Part shown: positions 16,913 through 24,807 of the stretch, one piece after another
Position numbering within the stretch: position 1 is the stretch's first letter
Layout: each line of letters begins with the position of its first letter
Source of the DNA: Candidatus Enterousia sp.
GTDB lineage: Bacteria > Pseudomonadota > Alphaproteobacteria > Rs-D84
Assembly: GCA_045613345.1 (NCBI GenBank)
Contig: JAZLAT010000005.1
Coordinates: forward strand, 3,588-67,587
DNA: 64,000 bases
Reading direction: 5' to 3'
Translations under genes and position numbers: made by a program
Notes under the pieces: model-generated
The model's input: only the letters and a program-made list of their open reading frames with translations
Told to the model about the DNA's origin: nothing
The model's database searches: none

Positions 16913-17842
16913 ATGAAAAAAATTATAATCGCAATTATGTTGGTATTTTGTGCCACGACCGTGCGTGCAGGAAATACGAACATATCAACATCGCAATATT
17001 ATGTCGATACCAATGCCGCAACAAGACAAGACGCGGTTCCGGCAAATAATGCGAATTCGGTTATGACTTATGATTCCACATCCCCCGACGGTATCGGTAC
17101 AAAAGCCATTTATGATACGACCGCCACATACGAAACACAAACCAATGCATTGGTGACGGCGACAACAGCGAACGCGGCGATTATAAACGGTATCAACAGC
17201 GAATTTGTCTGTGCCAACCCGCCAAAGTGCAATTTGTGGAACTTGGCGGGATTGTATGGCAGATTACCATCTGGCTATACCGAATTGGAATACATTGAAA
17301 GTACCGGAACACAATGGATTGATACGGGGTTACAAGTTAAATCTGATACATTAGCAGAGTTCGAATACCAATTTACAGATACTAATTCAGTCAACTATGT
17401 ATTCGGACAAATTGCTGGGTCTGGCGATGGTGTGATGGGATATAGGTCAAACAATGGAATATGGTGGTTTCAACGCAACTCTGAAATGGTTTCGTTTATA
17501 GACAAATTGAAACACAAAGTCATTTTTAGTTCCGATGGCAATATATACAGAGATAATGAAATTATCGGAACAAGGGGAAATTTTGGCCACCCAAAAGGGT
17601 GGACTATTCTTATGTTCGCCGAACATAACGACAACAGCACTATACACCCCGGCAAGGTAAAAATTTATAACTTTATATTCCGTGAAGGTTCAAGTATCGT
17701 TCGCAATTTTATTCCGGCACGTCAAGACAGCACAGGAACATTGGGCATGTACGACACTGTGACAAATACATTTTTTACAAACCAAGGCAGCGGAACATTT
17801 ATTGCGGGACCAGCCATAAGTTATATTCCACAAAACCAGTGA
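16913..17842 (+). CDS. secreted surface protein; C-terminal ~190-aa domain shared with 62041-63195
   Basis: Signal peptide MKKIIIAIMLVFCATTVRA. INSEFVCANPPKCNLW Cys loop, then YTELEYIESTGTQWIDTG ... FIPARQDSTGTLGMYDTVTNTFFTNQGSGTFIAGP. Confidence 0.7.
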   Translation: MKKIIIAIMLVFCATTVRAGNTNISTSQYYVDTNAATRQDAVPANNANSVMTYDSTSPDGIGTKAIYDTTATYETQTNALVTATTANAAIINGINSEFVCANPPKCNLWNLAGLYGRLPSGYTELEYIESTGTQWIDTGLQVKSDTLAEFEYQFTDTNSVNYVFGQIAGSGDGVMGYRSNNGIWWFQRNSEMVSFIDKLKHKVIFSSDGNIYRDNEIIGTRGNFGHPKGWTILMFAEHNDNSTIHPGKVKIYNFIFREGSSIVRNFIPARQDSTGTLGMYDTVTNTFFTNQGSGTFIAGPAISYIPQNQ

Positions 17843-17875
17843 TTCATATGCATAACACTTGGATATTCCCCGACA

Positions 17876-18730
17876 TTATCTTTCGCGGGACATCACTATA
17901 CATTTCTTGGCAAATTCATACTCACGTGCACTGCGCCATTGTTCGACATTTGCAATAGAAGACATATCAAAATTATGTTCGGGAAGGCCACGAAAATTTC
18001 GACGCATCAAAACTGACTCTTGCCGCACAATATCGCGCAACTGGCTGTAAGTCCGAATTCCAACAAGCCCGTCCCAACGATTGACAATTTTCTTTAACAA
18101 CAAACCATAAGCATACAACAAACGCGCATTCATATAGTCCGCCAAAGGCTTGCTTTCATTCATACGGTACCGCATTTGAATATCTGATATTTTATCATTT
18201 GGAAACAACCACGAATACATTTCCCGCATAAGCACAGACTGATTCCCGGTCAAACGACCAATAATCCCCGATAATTGACGCTGGTAATCTGCCACTGTTG
18301 CACGTAACCGAATTCGTGCCACCGCCGATGCATTTGCGAAAATGTCGGCAAAATCGCCATTTGGATTCATAAAGTATTCTTGTTGAAATTCCGTCGGTGT
18401 TTCTTTTGCGATTTCTTTCATTAACGTCCAACACGCATAGCGCGATAATTCCGCATCAAATTTTTTCCAATCGAATATATACACATTACTGTCAAATATC
18501 GCCGATGACTTGTCCGGATTTTTCGGAAACAACCGCTTTGGCGTATGCGCATCGAACACGGCACGCAATGTGAACTTGTTGCGATAAGTCACGGGCGGCA
18601 CACCCGGCACAGTCCGTAAAACATCCGTCAATTTCCAATAATCATACCGCGGACGGTCAGTAAACAACTCGTATTCATACGTCGCGTGATAAGACGCATT
18701 TAACATATTAAAGATTTCCTTTTTATCCAT
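17876..18730 (-). CDS. hypothetical 284-aa protein (weak DinD/Bro-N-like LSRYAC motif); partner of the RHH gene
   Basis: No signal peptide. Begins 12 nt downstream of the RHH gene. AELSRYACWTL resembles the DinD LSRYACYL motif; nothing else recognised. Confidence 0.6.
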   Translation of the reverse strand: MDKKEIFNMLNASYHATYEYELFTDRPRYDYWKLTDVLRTVPGVPPVTYRNKFTLRAVFDAHTPKRLFPKNPDKSSAIFDSNVYIFDWKKFDAELSRYACWTLMKEIAKETPTEFQQEYFMNPNGDFADIFANASAVARIRLRATVADYQRQLSGIIGRLTGNQSVLMREMYSWLFPNDKISDIQMRYRMNESKPLADYMNARLLYAYGLLLKKIVNRWDGLVGIRTYSQLRDIVRQESVLMRRNFRGLPEHNFDMSSIANVEQWRSAREYEFAKKCIVMSRER

Positions 18731-18742
18731 TTCGATTATCCC

Positions 18743-18976
18743 TTATTGTTTATCTTCTTCGCCCTGGGTTATGGAAAACAGCACCGACGATATAAGCGAT
18801 TGATACGGCACATGGTGCGTCGCCGCCATTTCTTTTAACTTGTCCAGAACCGGACGCGGAATACGCATATTTATAACCGTGTCTGATTTATGAAAAGTGC
18901 GATACGCAGCATATTCCTTTAACAAAGGTTCTATGTTCATCACAAAAAGTTGTTGCATTACATTCGGCAAATACAC
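18743..18976 (-). CDS. ribbon-helix-helix (CopG/BrnA-like) small protein
   Basis: VINMRIPRPVLDKLKEMAATHHVPYQSLISSVL matches the RHH antitoxin pattern (isiRl...l..lK..A...g.pYQ.LI). Start may be an internal Met. Confidence 0.6.
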   Translation of the reverse strand: MYLPNVMQQLFVMNIEPLLKEYAAYRTFHKSDTVINMRIPRPVLDKLKEMAATHHVPYQSLISSVLFSITQGEEDKQ

Positions 18977-19000
18977 ACCTCTATACTTTGTTATATACCG

Positions 19001-19074
19001 TTGTCTTTACTGGCTACTATACCATTGTATTTACATTTGTCAATACAAATGTATAACTATTTGTATTTACTGGC
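19001..19074. promoter_or_regulatory. operator-like repeats upstream of the RHH gene
   Basis: ttgtctttactggc (19001-19014), ttgtatttac (19025-19034) and ttgtatttactggc (19061-19074), plus the palindrome acatttgt-caat-acaaatgt (19033-19052). Confidence 0.45.
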
Positions 19075-19105
19075 GTGTTGGCGGTTGTGTTGTCCAAGAT
19101 ATTGA

Positions 19106-19136
19106 CGCACAAAGTAAAATTTTTGTGCGGTTTTTT
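19106..19136 (+). terminator. plus-strand intrinsic terminator-like hairpin with no upstream plus-strand gene
   Basis: Stem cgcacaaa (19106-19113) / tttgtgcg (19122-19129), followed by g + tttttt. Lies 70 nt upstream of tolB. Confidence 0.45.
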
Positions 19137-19206
19137 ATGACACGCTTGCACTTTTGAAAACGATAATATAAAATGCATTCCGTATATATAAAGGAAAGGA
19201 TTTTCA

Positions 19207-20523
19207 ATGTTCAAAAAATTTCTTGTTACTGTGTTTGCCGCCCTGCTCTGTGTTACCGCACGCGCAGAATTAAAGGTCGATATTGTTGCCGGCACCGCCG
19301 AACCAATCTCGGTCGCCGTCCAAAAATTCGAAGTCGCAAACGGCGCATCTACATCTGATGCGGCAACCATTCGCGGAATTGTCGAAGAAAACCTTAAACG
19401 AACCGGCCTGTTTCATATTGTAAATCATAATGCATTCCCAGAATATGTAAAATTAGACCAAATGCCGGACTTTAAAATGTGGTCGGCGATAAAAGCACAA
19501 GTCCTGGTCCAGGCAAAATTAACCAAAACCCCGGATAAAAAATATCAATTAGACTTTTTTGTATGGGACATTCCCGGCAAGGAACAAATCGAAGCACAAA
19601 GCCTGTCTGCATCTAAAAAATCTGTGCGCCGTTTGGGACATATTATGACCGACGCAATTTACGAACGCCTTACTGGTGAAGTCGGATACTTTGACACTCA
19701 AATTATATTCATCGCCGAAACTGGTGATGTCGACAAACGCGTAAAGCGCATGGCGATAATAGACCAAGACGGTTACGGTTTGCGGTATCTTTCCGACACC
19801 AAAACCATGGTGATGTCGCCACACTTTTCACCCAATATGCAATCGGTGGTATTCTTATCTTACTATAACGACGATCCAATGGTTTGGATTTTGAATTTAG
19901 ACACCGGAGAACAGAAACGGCTTGGGCAATTCGGTGGCATGAACTTTGCACCGCGTTTTTCACCCGACGGTTCGCGTGTGGCACTATCTTTGGTCAAGAA
20001 CGGCATTACACATATATATGAATATGACATGGAAAATAATACCCTGCGCCAATTGACAAACGGGTCTTCGATAAATACCAGTCCGTCTTATTCGCCCGAC
20101 GGACACAAGATTGCATTTAATTCTGACCGCAGCGGAAGCCAGCAAATTCATATCTTGGACCTTGATACCGGCTCAATCGAACGCATAACATACGGTGCGG
20201 GCCGATATGCTACGCCGGCATGGTCGCCCGACGGACAGTTCATTGCCTTTACAAAGATGGCGGACGACACATTCTATGTCGGCATAATGGACCCACGCGG
20301 TAAAAATGAAAAAATATTGGCTGGCGGCTGGTTTATGGAGGCCCCATCATGGGCGCCCGGATCGCGCCGCATCGTATATTATGAAACAGAACGCGCCGGC
20401 GACGACATCGAACGCATAAGCCATATTCGCAGTGTCGACATAACCGGACAAAACCTTTACGACATTGAATTGCCCGACGGTGTGAACGGCGTTGAACCAA
20501 CATGGTCGCCAAGGTTACCGTAA
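19207..20523 (+). CDS. tolB: Tol-Pal system beta-propeller protein TolB
   Basis: 438 aa with signal peptide. Repeated P(x)(W/F/Y)SPDG blades (FSPDGSRVA, YSPDGHKIAF, WSPDGQFIAF). Confidence 0.93.
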   Translation: MFKKFLVTVFAALLCVTARAELKVDIVAGTAEPISVAVQKFEVANGASTSDAATIRGIVEENLKRTGLFHIVNHNAFPEYVKLDQMPDFKMWSAIKAQVLVQAKLTKTPDKKYQLDFFVWDIPGKEQIEAQSLSASKKSVRRLGHIMTDAIYERLTGEVGYFDTQIIFIAETGDVDKRVKRMAIIDQDGYGLRYLSDTKTMVMSPHFSPNMQSVVFLSYYNDDPMVWILNLDTGEQKRLGQFGGMNFAPRFSPDGSRVALSLVKNGITHIYEYDMENNTLRQLTNGSSINTSPSYSPDGHKIAFNSDRSGSQQIHILDLDTGSIERITYGAGRYATPAWSPDGQFIAFTKMADDTFYVGIMDPRGKNEKILAGGWFMEAPSWAPGSRRIVYYETERAGDDIERISHIRSVDITGQNLYDIELPDGVNGVEPTWSPRLP

Positions 20524-20933
20524 TGAAACTAATCGGATTTGGATTTTTATTTGAAATGTGGGTTGCATCGGCAATCGCGATTCCGGCGCGGGTGGACTAT
20601 ATCGTTGACGGTGACACTTTTGCAGGTGTCGTAACATTGGACGGCGGCATTGATGTAACAGTGCGTGTTCGCATAAGGAATATCGACACACCCGAAATTC
20701 ATGGCGATTGCGAATACGAACGCGAAATGGCGACGCACGCCAAAGAAAAATTGGCGGAATTGATTCCGGTCGGAACGGTCACAGATTTAACCAATATCAA
20801 AGACGATAAATACCCGGGGCGAATTGACGCGAATGTTTCCGATGCACATGGTCACGACATCGGCGAAGCAATGATTCGCACGGGATTGGCACGGCGATAT
20901 AACGGTGGACATCGCAACCCATGGTGCAAATAA
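20523..20933 (+). CDS. secreted thermonuclease (SNase)-like protein
   Basis: ATG overlaps the tolB TAA by 1 nt. N-terminal hydrophobic leader; DGDTF ... VRIRNIDTPE ... GRIDA ... GLARRY pattern of SNase-fold nucleases. Confidence 0.78.
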   Translation: MKLIGFGFLFEMWVASAIAIPARVDYIVDGDTFAGVVTLDGGIDVTVRVRIRNIDTPEIHGDCEYEREMATHAKEKLAELIPVGTVTDLTNIKDDKYPGRIDANVSDAHGHDIGEAMIRTGLARRYNGGHRNPWCK

Positions 20934-20967
20934 AAATCGGGTGCATTTCGCACCCGATTGAATTTTG
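20932..20967. terminator. bidirectional intrinsic terminator
   Basis: Stem aatcgggtgc (20935-20944) / gcacccgatt (20950-20959), between convergent genes. Confidence 0.7.
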
Positions 20968-20976
20968 AAAAAGTCG

Positions 20977-21327
20977 CTATTTAATCGATTCTAACGCGGT
21001 CTTAACGCAACCAAAAGCAGTCTGACCACCGGTTGACGCGACAAAATTCAATATTAAACCAACGCCAAACAACAAGAAGAAGCCAACGAACATACCAATA
21101 CCCTTATCCTTTAAATCGTCTTTTTTAACTTCTCCCTTTTGAATGTATCCCCATGCCCAATCCATCAAAACGAATGCAGCGCCGATAAACGCCAAAGTAC
21201 GCAAAGTTTTGATAACCGGAGTTAAACTTTTAATCAATTCACACACACCATCGTCCGCCATTGCGCCAGACATAGCAACACCCATTGCAACATTTGCACT
21301 CATAAAATATTTTGTAAATTTTTTCAT
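20977..21327 (-). CDS. small two-TM membrane protein, possibly TrbC/VirB2-type pilin-like
   Basis: Start trimmed to MKKFTKYFMSANVAMGVAMSGAMA (SD AAAGGAG). Long leader, Cys, helix LRTLAFIGAAFVLMDWAWGY, charged loop, helix GIGMFVGFFLLFGVGLILNFV. The architecture resembles VirB2. Confidence 0.4.
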   Translation of the reverse strand: MKKFTKYFMSANVAMGVAMSGAMADDGVCELIKSLTPVIKTLRTLAFIGAAFVLMDWAWGYIQKGEVKKDDLKDKGIGMFVGFFLLFGVGLILNFVASTGGQTAFGCVKTALESIK

Positions 21328-21379
21328 AATAAATCTCCTTTGTCCCAAAGATTCTATCACAAAATTCCGCGATTTTCAA

Positions 21380-21414
21380 ATAAAATAAACATCGCCCATG
21401 CGGGCGATGTTTTA
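21380..21414 (-). terminator. intrinsic terminator after the lipoprotein gene
   Basis: Stem aacatcgccc (21388-21397) / gggcgatgtt (21402-21411), with a U-tract on the minus transcript. Confidence 0.6.
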
Positions 21415-21438
21415 CACAACAACAAACAAACCAAAAAC

Positions 21439-21795
21439 TTACTTTCCGGTGAACGCAAAGAATGTCCGTGCCTTTGCCGCGCATTCACCACCGCATTTTG
21501 TGCAAGCCGGTGCGATTTCAACCGCCGCCGGTGCAACAACCATACGATTATCACGCGGAGTGCGACCCGCATTGTCACGTGCGAACAATGCTTCACATTT
21601 TGTATTCTTGTAAACGATGCGATCACTGCCATCAATGCCACGAATCCGATCTGAATAATTCCGCGCATATTCATTAGAATAGTACACACAATCATCACCA
21701 TCTTGAACATAACGGACATCGCCCTTGTAATAATCATAAGACGAACAACCCGCCACTGCACCCATTGCAATCACATACATCAAAAGTTTCTTCAT
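21439..21795 (-). CDS. lipoprotein, unknown function
   Basis: Lipobox MKKLLMYVIAMGAVAGC. 118 aa, Cys-rich C-terminus (CTKCGGEC). Confidence 0.6.
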   Translation of the reverse strand: MKKLLMYVIAMGAVAGCSSYDYYKGDVRYVQDGDDCVYYSNEYARNYSDRIRGIDGSDRIVYKNTKCEALFARDNAGRTPRDNRMVVAPAAVEIAPACTKCGGECAAKARTFFAFTGK

Positions 21796-21897
21796 TGTTT
21801 TTTTCCTTTATATTTTTGTTTGCCTCTGCTCGCGCCCCCGACCTTTCGGGTTCATTTTTGCATATTTTTTTCACATGTCAAATATTTTATCACGGGT

Positions 21898-21925
21898 TTC
21901 AATCTGCCACAAAATATGGTATAAT
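21898..21925 (+). promoter_or_regulatory. candidate promoter for fba
   Basis: TTCAAT (21898-21903), 16-nt spacer, TATAAT (21920-21925). Confidence 0.45.
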
Positions 21926-21948
21926 TGTGCCACAAGGAGAGAATTTAT

Positions 21949-22908
21949 ATGACCTTTTCAGATTTCGGTCTTGTGAACACACGCAAAATGTTTATGGACG
22001 CGATGGCGCGCGGCTATGCCATTGGCGCATTTAATTTCTTTAATATGGAAACATTGCGCGCAATTGTGGCGGCGGCACGCGAAACAAAATCGCCGATAAT
22101 TTTGGCTGTATCCGAATCGGCATTGGCATATATGAGTGACAATATGCTGATGGGTATGATTGCGGGTCTGGAACTAAGCCCGGGCGATTCGGTCGCGTTG
22201 CATTTGGACCACGGCCATTCTTTTGAAGCATGCGCGCACGCAATTGAACTTGGGTTTTCAAGTGTTATGATAGACGCCAGTAATTTACCATTTGATGAAA
22301 ACATCGCGATTTCCAGACGCGTTGCCGAATATGCACACAGATATAATGTATCAGTCGAGGCCGAATTGGGCACAATTGCCGGATTCGAAGACGAAAACAC
22401 TCATTCCAATACCGAACTGTTCACACGCCCCATTGACGCAGCACGGTTCGTTTCACAAACCAATATCGATTCGCTGGCGGTGGCAATTGGCACTTCACAT
22501 GGTGCTTACAAACAGAAAACCGATTCGATAGAATTGCGATTCGATATATTAAATGAAATCAAAAAATTATTACCCGATACACCACTGGTTCTGCACGGCG
22601 CGTCCAGCATTCCGCAAATCTTTATCGATGAAATCAACGCGAACGGTGGTGATATGCGCGGTGCACGCGGCATTCCCGCCGACCAACTGCGTCGCGCCTC
22701 AACAGAAACAAATATATGCAAAATAAATGTGGACAGTGATTCACGCATCGCTTTTACGGCGGCGGTTCGGCGCGAACTGACCACGCACCCCGAAAAGTTC
22801 AATCCACGTGAATATTTGGAATCAGCGATGGAAAATGTTTACGAAAACACAATGAACGAGATAATCAATATCATGCATTCCGACGGGATGATTAGAAAAA
22901 TAAATTAG
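21949..22908 (+). CDS. fba: class II fructose-1,6-bisphosphate aldolase
   Basis: Start trimmed to MTFSDFGLV (SD AAGGAGAG). LHLDHGHS, GFSSVMIDAS, VSVEAELGTIAGFED, GTSHGAYK. Confidence 0.9.
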   Translation: MTFSDFGLVNTRKMFMDAMARGYAIGAFNFFNMETLRAIVAAARETKSPIILAVSESALAYMSDNMLMGMIAGLELSPGDSVALHLDHGHSFEACAHAIELGFSSVMIDASNLPFDENIAISRRVAEYAHRYNVSVEAELGTIAGFEDENTHSNTELFTRPIDAARFVSQTNIDSLAVAIGTSHGAYKQKTDSIELRFDILNEIKKLLPDTPLVLHGASSIPQIFIDEINANGGDMRGARGIPADQLRRASTETNICKINVDSDSRIAFTAAVRRELTTHPEKFNPREYLESAMENVYENTMNEIINIMHSDGMIRKIN

Positions 22909-22920
22909 AATAATACAGAT

Positions 22921-22978
22921 GCGGGCCTTGGCGATAGCGAAGTGTAGTGAACCTACATGAGCCATCGGCAAGACCCGC
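22921..22978. repeat. long imperfect palindromic hairpin between convergent fba and efp
   Basis: gcgggccttggcgat (22921-22935) pairs with atcggcaagacccgc (22964-22978), 13/15. Contains ccttggcga...agtg, which also occurs in the element at 63633-63646. Confidence 0.6.
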
Positions 22979-22995
22979 AGATGTGTTGTTATAAT

Positions 22996-23565
22996 TTATT
23001 TTGCGCGTTCTACATATTCCAATGTTTCAGTATTTACGACAATCTTTTCGCCCTGCTCTATAAATACTGGGACTTGGACGCGAACACCATTGTCCAAAAT
23101 TGCCGGCTTGCCACCACTGGCAGTTGCGGTTTGCCCCTTCAGTGCGGGTTCTGTTTCTTCAACCGTCGCAACAACAGTTTTCGGCAAAGTGACCGATACT
23201 GGCTGACCTTCGACATAGTTCGTGCGCACAGTCATTTCTGGCGCCAAAAACTTCACCTGTTCACCCAACGAATCAAGTGGCATAGTAAACTGTTCATAAT
23301 CATTAAGGTTCATAAAGTATGCGTCTGTACCGTCCGAATACATATATTGACATTCCACATCTTCAACCATTAATTTTTCAACCTTGTCTTCGGCGCGCCA
23401 CCGATCACCACCTTTGTTTCCCGAATCGATATCACGCAAGTCTGCCTGGACAAAAGCACCGCCTTTGCCGGGTTTAACCTTGGTAATCGAAGTCACAGTA
23501 TAGCGCCGTCCGTTATGGGAAATCACCCAACCCACGCGCATATCATTTGCAGTTACAGAAGCCAT
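22996..23565 (-). CDS. efp: elongation factor P
   Basis: 189 aa. KVKPGKGGAFVQADLRDI and the overall EF-P three-domain pattern. Confidence 0.95.
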   Translation of the reverse strand: MASVTANDMRVGWVISHNGRRYTVTSITKVKPGKGGAFVQADLRDIDSGNKGGDRWRAEDKVEKLMVEDVECQYMYSDGTDAYFMNLNDYEQFTMPLDSLGEQVKFLAPEMTVRTNYVEGQPVSVTLPKTVVATVEETEPALKGQTATASGGKPAILDNGVRVQVPVFIEQGEKIVVNTETLEYVERAK

Positions 23566-23719
23566 TTTTAATCCTTTTGTTTTAATTCACAACGCGAAAT
23601 GTTATAAGAATTATTGACGAAACGCAAGTTTTTTCATTTATACACGGAAAAACATATCAAATTCCGTTTCAATTCACTGTTGCACCAGCAAAAACGACCG
23701 AATCGGGTCAAGCATTTTT

Positions 23720-23825
23720 TTAGTGTTAGTGACTGGTGTTAGTGGCTAGCAGAATTTGGAATAAACCCGCCAGTGCAAAATAATTCCGGCAAACCCTGGC
23801 CACTAACAATTTACACTAACACTAA
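23720..23825. repeat. 106-bp inverted-repeat (MITE/REP-like) element with GTTAGTG-type arms and conserved core
   Basis: Left arm: ttagtgttagtg-actggt-gttagtgg (23720-23745). Right arm: ccactaac-aattta-cactaacactaa (23800-23825). Core contains tttggaataaacccgcca. The right arm abuts the tatC stop at 23826. Confidence 0.85.
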
Positions 23826-24533
23826 TTACTTTTTCATGAACAAAATACTGACTTCAAACAATGCCCACATGGGAACCGCCAACAATATTTGCGATACTAC
23901 ATCTGGCGGGGTTAAAATCGCCGCCGCAATTACTATAAAGACCAACGCATATCGACGCGCCGCAACAATACGCGCCCGCGGCAACACGCCCGCACGATTT
24001 AACAGCACCAAAACCAATGGTAATTGAAACGCGATTCCAAAAACTTTTAACATACCGATTGCAAACCCAACATAATCACGCACCGCAGGCATTACTATCG
24101 CCGGCACCGGTGCCGATTCGTTTAATTCAATAAAGAACCTGAATACCGTCGGAAACAAAATATAAAAAGCAAATGCCGCACCCGCTATAAACAACAATGG
24201 CGATATTATAAAAATGGGCAACGCAAATTTACGTTCGTTTTTATGCAGCCCCGGTGCAACAAATGCCCAAGTTTGATACAATGCAAACGGTGTCGTTACC
24301 ATAATCGCAATCAATAATGCCAAAGACAAATTTATCATCAACCCATCGGTAATCCCCACGTAAAGCATTTGTGCATCGTCCCACACCGCAATCAATGGTT
24401 CGGTCAAAAATTCTTGGACATACGGTGCAACAAACCAACCCGCACCGAACGCACCAACGAAAACAGCAATAGTCCACAACACCCGCCGACGCAGTTCTGC
24501 AAAATGTTGCATGATTGTCATTTTTTTATTCAT
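23826..24533 (-). CDS. tatC: twin-arginine translocase subunit TatC
   Basis: 235 aa, six TM segments. HFAELRRRVLW N-terminus typical of TatC. Confidence 0.93.
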   Translation of the reverse strand: MNKKMTIMQHFAELRRRVLWTIAVFVGAFGAGWFVAPYVQEFLTEPLIAVWDDAQMLYVGITDGLMINLSLALLIAIMVTTPFALYQTWAFVAPGLHKNERKFALPIFIISPLLFIAGAAFAFYILFPTVFRFFIELNESAPVPAIVMPAVRDYVGFAIGMLKVFGIAFQLPLVLVLLNRAGVLPRARIVAARRYALVFIVIAAAILTPPDVVSQILLAVPMWALFEVSILFMKK

Positions 24534-24805
24534 TTTGCCCGTGTCCGTTTCTTGCGTGTTTTCTTAACAGAAATTGTATCCAACATATCGCGCGTAGTTG
24601 CGTTCACAATGTCATCAATTGGTTTTTCTAATTCTATTTGTTCTTTGATTTTTTCGGTTGCATCAGTAATTTTCCAAATCAACGCGCGAATAAATTTAAC
24701 CGTGCGCGCAATTGCCCGCGCCACATTTGGCCAATATCGCGCCGGTATCACCAAAATTGCGACCAATACAATAACGATAAATTCTGCCCAACTTATTCCA
24801 AACAT
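24530..24805 (-). CDS. tatB: twin-arginine translocase TatB-like (TatA/B/E family)
   Basis: MFGISWAEFIVIVLVAILVI TM plus an amphipathic helix. 4-nt overlap with tatC. Confidence 0.75.
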   Translation of the reverse strand: MFGISWAEFIVIVLVAILVIPARYWPNVARAIARTVKFIRALIWKITDATEKIKEQIELEKPIDDIVNATTRDMLDTISVKKTRKKRTRAK

Positions 24806-24807
24806 TT

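Noticed and set aside
20523-20933. Claiming that pal is absent from the organism because it does not follow tolB.
   Set aside because: Only 64 kb is visible, and pal may be encoded elsewhere. Only the local gene order can be stated.
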